A stretch of DNA of 64,000 nt from a virus (lineage: Duplodnaviria; Caudoviricetes): positions 82,459 to 146,458 of the IMG/VR virus record IMGVR_UViG_3300021387_000648, one strand, 5' to 3'. Positions 46,263 through 55,985 of the stretch are shown here, one piece after another; within the stretch, counting starts at the first letter, position 1, and each line of letters begins with the position of its first letter. A program made the translations under genes and the position numbers. The notes beneath the pieces were generated by a model. The model did no database searches, was not told the DNA's origin, and saw only the letters and a list, made by a program, of their open reading frames with translations.

Positions 46263-49200
46263 ATGGCTAACAGACCTATTGAACATGTCTATGTAAACGA
46301 CACCACATACGATGTCAAAGACATCTACGCAGAGCGCTCGGAAAACAAGGCGAGCGCTTTTTCTGCGGTCCCCGGTGACACAAAGTTCCCGACTGAGAAA
46401 CTGGTCAAGGACAATCTGGACCTGAAAGAGAATGCCGCAAACAAAATTACCACCTTCGCCGGAATTGTCCCGAACGACACCCAGTATCCGTCTGCGAAAC
46501 TGGTAAAGGACACCATCGATCAGGTTGTCACGGACCTTGGCGGCAGCATCGACGGAATCGACTTCACGCCTTATGAGCGTCATGCCAACCGTGTTTCCGT
46601 TTTTCAGGCTACCCCGGATGATACACACTATCCGTCTGAAAAACTCGTCAAGGACAATCTGGACGCCCTCAGCACTGGCGTTTCCAACGTCAGAACGGTT
46701 GTTGTGTCCGCACTTCCTGCAATCGCAGACGCGTCTGAGACGGTAAACTACGTCCTGTACACGAGCGGCCTTGCCCTTCTGTATAAGAAGATCGAGGGCG
46801 CATGGGTCCTGATCAGCGGTTCCAAGGCCTATGTCGGAGACAACCTTCCGTCTACCGGCGATATCTTCACGGAATACTATATTCCGAACCCGACCGGCGA
46901 CAACTACCTGCATTATCGGTGGGCTGATCCCATTGCCGCAGACCCGGAGCACGGCACTGAGGCTGTCCCGGGCCGGTTCTATGCAATCGGGTCCGACGCG
47001 TACTCCAAAGCAGAGGTCGACGAGATCCTTGCCGATTACGAAGTGCTGTCGAATAAGGTTACGTCTATCACTTCCGCATCGACGGACACTCAGTATCCTT
47101 CCGCAAAGGCCGTCTATACGTCTCTGCAAAGCCTTCAGAGTGCTCTGGAAGGTAAGGTGGAAGATTCCACGCAGGTTGTTTCGAGCGTTCCTTCGGCTGC
47201 TTCTGCCGACGAGAACGTCAACTATGTCGTGAAGCAGGGGACCGGCGCTCTTCTGTACCGCAAGATCGACGGCGTCATGAAGATGATCGGTGGCGCGATG
47301 GTAAAGGTAGTGTCTGCGCTTCCGGAGGACGGGAACGGCGATCCTGACGGCGATGAGTTCACGGACTACTATGTGGCGACGACAGACCCGAAAATCTATC
47401 TGCACTATCGGTGGTCCGACACGCTCGGTGACTTCTATGCTGTCGGTGCGGATGCCTACTCAAAAACACAGATCGATAACAAGCTGTCTGAAATCACCAC
47501 CAATCACTCCACGGATATCAGCGGTATCAATGATGCCGTGAACGGCCTCGGCAGAGCAATCGAGAGTGCAAATGCCGATATCGACGAACTGCGCGGGGAT
47601 ATCAATGAGTATTCCATGTCTCTTGTCCAGAACGGCGACGTGTACTTGATTGAGATGTATGAGAACGAAGACACGGAAAACCCGGTCAGTACCATCACGC
47701 TTCCTCAGGGAACCGGTGGCGGTGGCGGAACGAGCGGCACAACGATCATGACGGTCGAACGCATTACGCCGACGCCTCTGTCTGTGACTCCGACTGATAC
47801 AATCGTTCTTCAGGTCAACTATTCTTCTGTTGACTCGGACAATGAGACGGTAGACGGATCGTATGTCCTCAAAATGGGCAACGCTGTTGTTATGACCGGC
47901 GCAATGGTGCAGGGCCTCAATAGTTTTAATGTCACCAACTTCTGCACGGTAGGTTCTCAAAAGTTCACCCTCACCGTCACGGACGACGGCGGGTCCATGA
48001 ACACAAAGTCTTGGACGGTGCAGGTTGTCGACGTCCGTATTGAATCAGCCTTCAGCGACAGATACACGAACGCAACCGGGAAGGCTGTCAACGTCACATA
48101 CACGCCTTACGGCTCTGTCCCGAAGGTAGTTCATTTCAAGCTGGATGGCGGGGATCTTCCCTCCGTGACGACCTCGGCTTCCGGTATCCTTCAGAGTTAT
48201 TCCGTCCCGGCGCAGTCCCACGGCGCACACCTTTTGGAATTCTGGATGACAGCAACAGTCAACGGTGAAAACCTCGAAACCGACCACATCTTCAAAGATA
48301 TCATCTGGTACGACGAAGCCAGCGACGATCCGGTGATCGGCTGCATTTATCGGTATGACCATTATGGCCTTGCCAATGTGAAGCAGTACAACACCTTCAA
48401 TATTCCCTATGTTGTCTATGATCCCAGAACTTCAAACCCGACCGTGGAACTTAGAGTAGACGGCAATCTGGTAAGCGAACTGCATCTCAGCACGGCGTCC
48501 AACACATGGTCCTACAAATCCGATGTTGTAGCAACCCATATCCTGACAATCACCTGCCGCACGACTACGGTTACGCTGCGTGTGAATGTGCAGGAGCTCG
48601 GATATGACATTCAGCCAGTGACCGCAAACCTTGACTTCGACTTCAACCCTGTCGGAATCACGAACGCGTCTTCAAACAGGCTGTGGACCGATGCGAACAA
48701 CCCGGATGTTAAACTTACGGTCTCCGACAACTTCGACTGGAACAACGGCGGCTATCAGGTGGACAGCGACGGAAACCAGTATTTCTGCGTCCGGTCCGGA
48801 ACAAGAGCCTATATCTCTCACCATCTGTTCGGGACTGACCCGAAGCAGAACGGCGAAGAGTTCAAGATCATCTTCAAGGTATCGAGCGTTCGCAATAAGG
48901 ACGCGACCTTCCTGACCTGCCTGACCGGCGCGGCCAATGACAAGGTAGGCTTCAAGATGCAGGCCCATGAGGCGACGATCTACACCTCCACCGGCTCTCT
49001 TGTGACCAACTACTGCGAAGACGATATCATCGAATTCGAGTACAACATCAATTCCATCGACCTTGAGACTGACGGCGCGACATCGTTTATCATGACCTAC
49101 GAAGACGGCGTGGCCGCGAGACCTCTTCTGTACTCCAACGCGGAAGACTTCCTGCTGTATCAGCTGAACCCGGTGAATATCACCATCGGTTCTGATGACT

Positions 49201-52200
49201 GCGACGTTTACATCTACCGCATGAAGTCCTACAGTTCCGCCCTGACCGACAGCAATATCCTGTCCAACTTCATTGCGGACGCCAGAGACTCCGAAACCAT
49301 GATCAGCCGGTATGAACGCAATCAGATCTACAACGAAAACAATGCCCTCACACCGGAATCCGTTGCTGCGGCGTGCCCGGACCTGAAAATCATCAAGATT
49401 TCCTGCCCACACTTCACCAACGACAAGAAAGACTACGTCAGAGACACAACGGTACAGTGCCTCCACACGAACGGAGATCAGGTCCTTGACAACTGGACCA
49501 TGAGGTATATGTATCACGCCGGACAGGGCACAACCTCCAACCGTTACGGTCTTGCCGGACGCAACATCGATATCATCGGCGGTTTTGACGGAGAAAGTCA
49601 AGTGGTAAGCAAAATTCCATTGGACAGCACCTATATCACGGAGCTTACGCTTGGCGACGGCAGCAAATACTATGGATCGGACGCGAAAGTCGCTCTGACC
49701 CGGACCTCGGAACCAAACACATGGTTTAACATCAAGGTCAACATCGCTTCCTCCGAAAATGCGAACAACGCACTTCTGCAGAAGAGATATAACCAATACA
49801 TCCCGTACAAGACCCCGGCGCAGAGAAGAAACTCCAAGCTGAAAAACAGCATGGAATTTGTCAACTGCGTCATCTTCCTCCAAGAGAACGATCCTGACGT
49901 CACCACCCACAGAGAATTCGATGATACCAACTGGCATTTCTATGCGCTCGGCAACATCGGCGACTCCAAGAAAACGGACTTTACCCGCGTCAATGATCCC
50001 ACGGACCAGAATGAGTTTGTAGTTGAAGTATCGGATAACACCCTGCCGAACAGCACCTTCGATACCGGATACTACAACGCGGACGGAAGCATTCGGTACC
50101 CGATCTCCATGGCCGAATGGACCGCGACCAATGGATATTCCGAAGTCACGGACTCCACGCTTCTGAATATCAAGAATCTGGACCTCCTCTACGAGAGAAG
50201 CGGAAACACCTACAGAAAAACCACTGACACCAGCATCGACTCCGGAAAGACCTATTACATGGTCAATTACGTAAGTCCGAAGTATCGATCCCTCTATATT
50301 GACGAGTACCGTTATAACGTGGATAAGAACGAGTACGACCAGATCAGCGGTTGGGACGCCTCCTTCGAGTTCCGTTATGACGCGTCCGGTACGAAAGACG
50401 GAGAGTCGATGTCCGGCAGCGAAGTCAAAGCACTTCAGACCAGACTCAAACAGGTCTTCCGGAATATGTACGAGTTTGTCATCACGTCCAGTGATACAGA
50501 TTTCGTGACGCATTTTGGAGACTGGTTTATCACCGAATCACCGCTGTACTGGTACCTGTTCACAGAGCGGTACACGATGATTGATAACCGCGCAAAGAAC
50601 TCCTTCTGGCACTGGGGCAAAACGTATATCACCACGGCGGAAGCTGCGGAGCTTGGTGACGCAAACATCAATGCGGACGGAAACCAAATCTATATTGTGG
50701 ATGATGCTGCAGCGGCAATCAACGACGGCTACCGTTTCGACCTGTGGGACTACGATAACGATACCGGCCTCGGTATCGACAACAACGGCGAACTGAACAT
50801 GACCTACGGTCATGAAGACATCGACTACAAGGTAGACGGCGACCCGTCCTCCGGCTGGATCTTCAACGCTGCGGACAGCGTCTTCTGGCGCAGAATTCGC
50901 GGACTGATGGGATCTCAGCTCAGAACGATGTATCAGAGCCGTGAAAGCTCGAACTGCTGGTCCGCAACCTCCCTGATCAACGAGTTCGACGCATGGCAGG
51001 AGCAGTTCCCGGAAGAGCTCTGGCGTCTGGACGTTGAGAGAAAGTATCTGAGACCGTACTATGTCGGCAACCCTGTTGCAGGTATGGGAGCGACCGCAGA
51101 CTTCCTCCAGAACATGATGAACGGACGCAAGCGTTATCAGCGCCGTCAGTTTGAACGCGACCAGGAAATCTACATCGGCACCAAATACTTTGGCATGAAT
51201 CAGTGCGCAGACTCACAGGCAATCTCCTTCCGTTGCAACACGCCTCAGAGTGCTGTGGTTAAGCCGGATTACACCATCAGGATTGTCCCGTATTCCGACA
51301 TGTATCTGTCCGTGGCTTACGGTAACTCTTCGCCTCAGACGGTACGTGCCAAAGCCGGTGTGGAGTACACCTTCACCACCACGCTTACCACGATGGACGA
51401 TACGCAGATCCTTATCTACTGCGCTGAAAACATCATGGCCCTGAATGATCTTTCGGCCTGCTATATCAGAGCAAACAACTTCTCGCAGGCCAAGAGGATG
51501 AAAACCCTTGTAATCGGCAGCAACACTCCCGGATATGCCAACAACTTCATCACGGCTCTTCAGATTTCTGGCGGCAACGCTCAGGATACGCAGACCCTTG
51601 CTCTGGAAACGCTGGATATCCGCAACTGCCCGAACCTCACCGGATCTGTGAACTTCTCCAACTGCCCGGACCTCAAAACGCTTCTGGCTGAAGGAACGTC
51701 CCTGTCCGGTGTAACCTTCGCAACGAACGGCAAGATTCAGACCGCACATCTCCCCGCTACGATCGCCGGTCTGACTCTGAGAAACCTGAATTACCTGACC
51801 GACCTTGAACTGGCAGGGTACGACAACCTCGTTACGCTTGTAAGTGAATACTGTGCTATGGACCCGCTTTCCATCGTCTATGCGGCCCAGAACTCGCTCC
51901 AGATCCTCCGAGTGCTCGGAATCAACTGGCAGTCCTATAACACAGACCTTCTGAACAAGATTTACGCAATGAGCACGTCGGTACTGAGCGGAACATGGGA
52001 AGTCACAGGGTATATTCGTCAGTCTGAAATCGATCGGTTCGGTACCAAGTGGACTGACCTCGACCTGATCTACAACGAAGACAACATCATTCCTCAGCAG
52101 ATTGTAACGTATCGGAACTGGGACGGCACCGAACTGGCAAGGACCCTCGTAGACACCGGCTCCAACCCGCCCAACCCGATTGACGCGGGAATCATCACGG

Positions 52201-54131
52201 AAATCCCCACAAGAGAACCGGACGCCCAGTATGTTTACACATACAGCGGATGGGACGGACTGGACCAAGTTGTTTACAGCAGCACGGACGTCACTGCCGC
52301 ATTCAGCACGGAGCTTCGCGAATACGAGGTTTCGTGGTATATCCACGTCGGCGATCTTCCTCTCCTGACCAAGAAGGTCACTTACGGAGACGAGGCGATC
52401 TATGACGGCGAGACGCCAACGGACAACACGGCGGAAACTGTCAGCCACATGTACCGTGTCTTCAAAGACTGGGACAAGAGCACCGGCTGTGTCACGGGCA
52501 ACCTGTCCGTTTATGCGCAGTTTGAAGAAGCCAGTATTCCTCCGGTTGGGAAAGAGCTTGCGGACATGACAGACGCGGAGAGATACGCAATCCGCAGAAA
52601 CGGTCTTGCGAGTTCGAGATACACGGTTGGGGACTACTTCAATGTCGTGCAGGGCTATGATCCGGAATTTATAGACCCGAATCCGTACTCAGACGGATCA
52701 TATCACCCGGGGTACGTGAAGCAGCAGATGCTTCTTGAAAACCGGTGGTTTGACGGAACGGACTACTACGACACCGGCATTAAGCTGTTCGATGCGAATT
52801 CCCCGTCCTTCACGCTCGCGATTGACTACGAATTCGTACTGGGCAACATTGCCGGGGCAACCTTGGCGTCCTGCGTCGACACGAATACGAACGTCGGGTT
52901 CATGCTCAATTTCAGCCTGAATACATCCACAAGAACAAGCTCCTTCTCAAGAATCACGTGGGGCAGCAACACACATCAGAGATGCGGCTTCTGCGGGCAG
53001 AGAAACATTATTGTTCTCAGATACACCAAAGGCTCCAATAACCTGATGGTTTATTCCTTCAACGGCACGTCAAGCTCTTCGTATAATATCTACGACACGG
53101 ATACCGCGAGGAACCTGATTGTCGGCCCAAAAGCAGCGACCCATTCACAGAGCTTGGTATTCGGCGGAGTTGTTTACAACGAGGCTGGGTACATCACAGG
53201 AAACCTCGCAAAAGGCTGGATACACTACGCAAAAGTCTGGTACGGCGATCTTGGCGACGATGTGTGCAAGCAGATTGTCAACTGGCCGCACGAGACCATG
53301 AAATGCGTGTATGTCGGAAGCAACCGTCAGTTTGTCGCCGGAAGCAATATCACCAGAGCAGACGCACAGTTCGTGTTTGCATCCGCGATGCCCTACATGA
53401 AAGCATTCAGCAACACGTCGGCCACATCGGAGTCGTGGGAGACGGCGACACTTCGCCAATTCATCCATGACAGAATCGTGAAGTCGCTTCCGAAGACGCT
53501 GCAAAGTGCCCTGCAAAAGGTCCGGATTGTAACGAAGGCAGGCAGCTACACCAACCTTCAGGTCAATACGGACGACTACATGTATCTTCTGTCTATCCGT
53601 GAAGTCTATGGAGATATAGGAAGCGGATACTTTGACCCCGAACAGGAAGCCGGGTATCTCTCTTATTACTCTTCCGATTTCGCCAAGGCGCAGGTCTATC
53701 TCCCAGGAGCGCAGCTTGAAACAAGACAGAGCAATGTTCCCGGAAGAAGAATCTTCTCACAAAGCACAGACCCGACGAGAAGCGGCGAGCAGGTCAAAGA
53801 AGGCGATATCTGGATTGACACTTCTTATTCCTACTATTATGTTTATTACTTTGTGTCTCAGGACACGGTGGATAAGCATAGTATGCTTGGTGGCAGAGTG
53901 ATCAACAACGGCACGTCTACGACCCAGAGCTATTGCAGAATCCCGTATGACAGCAACGGCTCTCCCGGACTGTGGGTGCAAGGGTACGAATACTGGATGA
54001 CCAGATCTCCGTACTACTACAACGGCAGCTCCAACTATGACGCCTATCGGTACTACAGGTATCGCATGAACAGCACGACCTACGTGAGCGGGACAACAAA
54101 TGAACCGTTTGTTGTCGGCTTCTCAATCTAA
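46263..54131 (+). CDS. giant multidomain tail/adhesin protein (2622 aa)
   Basis: YPS.K.VKD repeats, CotH-kinase-like region (IDNRAKN, WDYDNDTGLG), LRR-like stretch, LamG-like domain, C-terminal YWMTRSP...GFSI lectin-like end. Confidence 0.7.
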   Translation: MANRPIEHVYVNDTTYDVKDIYAERSENKASAFSAVPGDTKFPTEKLVKDNLDLKENAANKITTFAGIVPNDTQYPSAKLVKDTIDQVVTDLGGSIDGIDFTPYERHANRVSVFQATPDDTHYPSEKLVKDNLDALSTGVSNVRTVVVSALPAIADASETVNYVLYTSGLALLYKKIEGAWVLISGSKAYVGDNLPSTGDIFTEYYIPNPTGDNYLHYRWADPIAADPEHGTEAVPGRFYAIGSDAYSKAEVDEILADYEVLSNKVTSITSASTDTQYPSAKAVYTSLQSLQSALEGKVEDSTQVVSSVPSAASADENVNYVVKQGTGALLYRKIDGVMKMIGGAMVKVVSALPEDGNGDPDGDEFTDYYVATTDPKIYLHYRWSDTLGDFYAVGADAYSKTQIDNKLSEITTNHSTDISGINDAVNGLGRAIESANADIDELRGDINEYSMSLVQNGDVYLIEMYENEDTENPVSTITLPQGTGGGGGTSGTTIMTVERITPTPLSVTPTDTIVLQVNYSSVDSDNETVDGSYVLKMGNAVVMTGAMVQGLNSFNVTNFCTVGSQKFTLTVTDDGGSMNTKSWTVQVVDVRIESAFSDRYTNATGKAVNVTYTPYGSVPKVVHFKLDGGDLPSVTTSASGILQSYSVPAQSHGAHLLEFWMTATVNGENLETDHIFKDIIWYDEASDDPVIGCIYRYDHYGLANVKQYNTFNIPYVVYDPRTSNPTVELRVDGNLVSELHLSTASNTWSYKSDVVATHILTITCRTTTVTLRVNVQELGYDIQPVTANLDFDFNPVGITNASSNRLWTDANNPDVKLTVSDNFDWNNGGYQVDSDGNQYFCVRSGTRAYISHHLFGTDPKQNGEEFKIIFKVSSVRNKDATFLTCLTGAANDKVGFKMQAHEATIYTSTGSLVTNYCEDDIIEFEYNINSIDLETDGATSFIMTYEDGVAARPLLYSNAEDFLLYQLNPVNITIGSDDCDVYIYRMKSYSSALTDSNILSNFIADARDSETMISRYERNQIYNENNALTPESVAAACPDLKIIKISCPHFTNDKKDYVRDTTVQCLHTNGDQVLDNWTMRYMYHAGQGTTSNRYGLAGRNIDIIGGFDGESQVVSKIPLDSTYITELTLGDGSKYYGSDAKVALTRTSEPNTWFNIKVNIASSENANNALLQKRYNQYIPYKTPAQRRNSKLKNSMEFVNCVIFLQENDPDVTTHREFDDTNWHFYALGNIGDSKKTDFTRVNDPTDQNEFVVEVSDNTLPNSTFDTGYYNADGSIRYPISMAEWTATNGYSEVTDSTLLNIKNLDLLYERSGNTYRKTTDTSIDSGKTYYMVNYVSPKYRSLYIDEYRYNVDKNEYDQISGWDASFEFRYDASGTKDGESMSGSEVKALQTRLKQVFRNMYEFVITSSDTDFVTHFGDWFITESPLYWYLFTERYTMIDNRAKNSFWHWGKTYITTAEAAELGDANINADGNQIYIVDDAAAAINDGYRFDLWDYDNDTGLGIDNNGELNMTYGHEDIDYKVDGDPSSGWIFNAADSVFWRRIRGLMGSQLRTMYQSRESSNCWSATSLINEFDAWQEQFPEELWRLDVERKYLRPYYVGNPVAGMGATADFLQNMMNGRKRYQRRQFERDQEIYIGTKYFGMNQCADSQAISFRCNTPQSAVVKPDYTIRIVPYSDMYLSVAYGNSSPQTVRAKAGVEYTFTTTLTTMDDTQILIYCAENIMALNDLSACYIRANNFSQAKRMKTLVIGSNTPGYANNFITALQISGGNAQDTQTLALETLDIRNCPNLTGSVNFSNCPDLKTLLAEGTSLSGVTFATNGKIQTAHLPATIAGLTLRNLNYLTDLELAGYDNLVTLVSEYCAMDPLSIVYAAQNSLQILRVLGINWQSYNTDLLNKIYAMSTSVLSGTWEVTGYIRQSEIDRFGTKWTDLDLIYNEDNIIPQQIVTYRNWDGTELARTLVDTGSNPPNPIDAGIITEIPTREPDAQYVYTYSGWDGLDQVVYSSTDVTAAFSTELREYEVSWYIHVGDLPLLTKKVTYGDEAIYDGETPTDNTAETVSHMYRVFKDWDKSTGCVTGNLSVYAQFEEASIPPVGKELADMTDAERYAIRRNGLASSRYTVGDYFNVVQGYDPEFIDPNPYSDGSYHPGYVKQQMLLENRWFDGTDYYDTGIKLFDANSPSFTLAIDYEFVLGNIAGATLASCVDTNTNVGFMLNFSLNTSTRTSSFSRITWGSNTHQRCGFCGQRNIIVLRYTKGSNNLMVYSFNGTSSSSYNIYDTDTARNLIVGPKAATHSQSLVFGGVVYNEAGYITGNLAKGWIHYAKVWYGDLGDDVCKQIVNWPHETMKCVYVGSNRQFVAGSNITRADAQFVFASAMPYMKAFSNTSATSESWETATLRQFIHDRIVKSLPKTLQSALQKVRIVTKAGSYTNLQVNTDDYMYLLSIREVYGDIGSGYFDPEQEAGYLSYYSSDFAKAQVYLPGAQLETRQSNVPGRRIFSQSTDPTRSGEQVKEGDIWIDTSYSYYYVYYFVSQDTVDKHSMLGGRVINNGTSTTQSYCRIPYDSNGSPGLWVQGYEYWMTRSPYYYNGSSNYDAYRYYRYRMNSTTYVSGTTNEPFVVGFSI

Positions 54132-54191
54132 ACGGCACAAGGGCGGGCACCGACAAGGTGTCCGCCTTACTCTAAACGGAGGTAAAAACAA

Positions 54192-54935
54192 ATGACTTAC
54201 TACAAGGTCCTGACCGAAGACGGCTTTATAGGAGTCGGAACAACAGAAAACCTCGTAAAATACCAGAAAAAGCACAATACGACCATCGGGTGTCCAGCAG
54301 AAGAGGCGGAGTGCATCATGATTGGTGGTACCCTGTACCACGACCGGTGGATGCTCCCGTTCAACACCACGGAATATGAATATTCCAATGCAGACGTTCA
54401 GGTGATCGAAAAGGACGATTATGATGCTCTACTTTCCGCGATGGAAAACGGCGAAGAGATTAAGACCGTGGAAGAGCCGCAGGAAGTCACAGAAGAACCG
54501 GACGAAGCCGAGACAGAAGATGTGACGGTTGACTACGTCCGGTCTGTCAAGCTCAAAGAGCTTGGGTTTGCCTGCAATAAGGCAATCACGACCGGTTTTG
54601 ATATCGAACTATCAGACGGAGCGCAGCACCACTTCTCTCTGACCTTGCAGGATCAGCAGAACTTGAACGAGATTCAAGCAAAAATCCTGATGGGCGATAC
54701 AGTCCTGTATTATCATGCGGACGGCGAAGAATTGAAACAGTTTTCAGAACAGGACATGCTTGCCGTCATCGGTGCCGGAAGCCAGCACAAGCTCAGGCAC
54801 CTTACCTATCACAACTGCCTGAAGGCTTGGGTGAAGTCCCTGACGAGGATCAAGAATATCCAAGCGATTGAATACGGCAGTGAGATCCCGAAGAAATATC
54901 AGTCGGCCTTGTACAAGAACTTGTACGCTGGCTGA
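54192..54935 (+). CDS. tail fibre assembly-type protein (DUF4376-like)
   Basis: CNKAITTGF..HFSLTLQDQQNL..YHADG..Y.N.LK. Confidence 0.6.
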   Translation: MTYYKVLTEDGFIGVGTTENLVKYQKKHNTTIGCPAEEAECIMIGGTLYHDRWMLPFNTTEYEYSNADVQVIEKDDYDALLSAMENGEEIKTVEEPQEVTEEPDEAETEDVTVDYVRSVKLKELGFACNKAITTGFDIELSDGAQHHFSLTLQDQQNLNEIQAKILMGDTVLYYHADGEELKQFSEQDMLAVIGAGSQHKLRHLTYHNCLKAWVKSLTRIKNIQAIEYGSEIPKKYQSALYKNLYAG

Positions 54936-54983
54936 TTTTTTAATTATGAGCACGAAAAGTAACTCGGAAGGAGGTAGAGGAGA

Positions 54984-55985
54984 TTGTCTGTAGCAAGTAA
55001 CGTCACGATCGTCACATTCAAACCGGGCAAAAGACACGCGATTGTAGATCCTCCGCTTTGGCAATACGACGTGGGGCAGATTTTGAAGTTCGGAGACCTT
55101 GACCTTCCTTCTGTATATGAAGTCCAGTTCTCCAACGAACCGTTCAAAGGGAAAGCCAAGCCTCAGATTGGCGGACCGGACGGGGTGGAGATCCCGAACG
55201 AATATTTCCTGTCCGGCGCTTCGATCCACGCGTGGCTGTACCTTCACGTTGGTGCGAATGACGGCGCGGTTGAATACCATGTCGAAATCCCGATCAACCG
55301 CAAGTCCGAACGCGTCGAAGAGGAATTTACGCCTGTCCAGAGAGACTTTGCGGAACAGACCCTTGCAGCGCTCACACAAGTTTCGGCAGAGGTTACGACC
55401 GCGAGAGACGAAACCATAGAGGCTGCGGAAAGTATCCTTGGCGCGGAAGAGAGAGTTGCCGCCCATGCGGATCAGGTAGCCGCAAACGCCCAAGCGGCGG
55501 CTGAATCTGAGGCCAATGCGAAAGCCTCGGAAGACGCGGCGAAACTGTCTGAGGATAACGCCAAAGTATCTGAGGACAACGCGAAGGAGTCCGAAACCAA
55601 AGCCAAGGAATACGCGGATGCAGCCAAGGTCTCGGAGGACAAGGCAAAAGAGTCGGAAGACAATGCAAAGCTGTCCGAAACGAACGCGAAGGCTTCAGAG
55701 GAAGCCGCGCAGCAGTCTCAGGAGACTGCGGCAACCTCGGAATTTCACGCTGTAGCCGCACGAAACGCGTCAGAGGAGGCGAGAGATGCCGCTTATGATG
55801 CAAGGGACCAAGCGGCGGACTATGCGGAAGCGGCGCGGCAGGTAGCGACAGAGATGGGATTTGTCAACTTCTACATTGATGAGAACGGCGACCTGATCAT
55901 GCTGAAAACCATCAATGTTACGGATATCAACTTTACTCTTGAGGAAGGAGATTTGATGTTTCATGCCTACTATCGAGGAACATGA
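54984..55985 (+). CDS. tail protein with heptad-repeat stalk
   Basis: LWQYDVGQIL baseplate-type N-terminus; (SEDNAKx)n repeats. Confidence 0.65.
   Translation: MSVASNVTIVTFKPGKRHAIVDPPLWQYDVGQILKFGDLDLPSVYEVQFSNEPFKGKAKPQIGGPDGVEIPNEYFLSGASIHAWLYLHVGANDGAVEYHVEIPINRKSERVEEEFTPVQRDFAEQTLAALTQVSAEVTTARDETIEAAESILGAEERVAAHADQVAANAQAAAESEANAKASEDAAKLSEDNAKVSEDNAKESETKAKEYADAAKVSEDKAKESEDNAKLSETNAKASEEAAQQSQETAATSEFHAVAARNASEEARDAAYDARDQAADYAEAARQVATEMGFVNFYIDENGDLIMLKTINVTDINFTLEEGDLMFHAYYRGT

Noticed and set aside
53980-54131. Tyr/Asn-rich C-terminus of the 2622-aa protein as a second DGR target
   Set aside because: No nucleotide similarity to the TR in this window; it could only be targeted by a different TR elsewhere.
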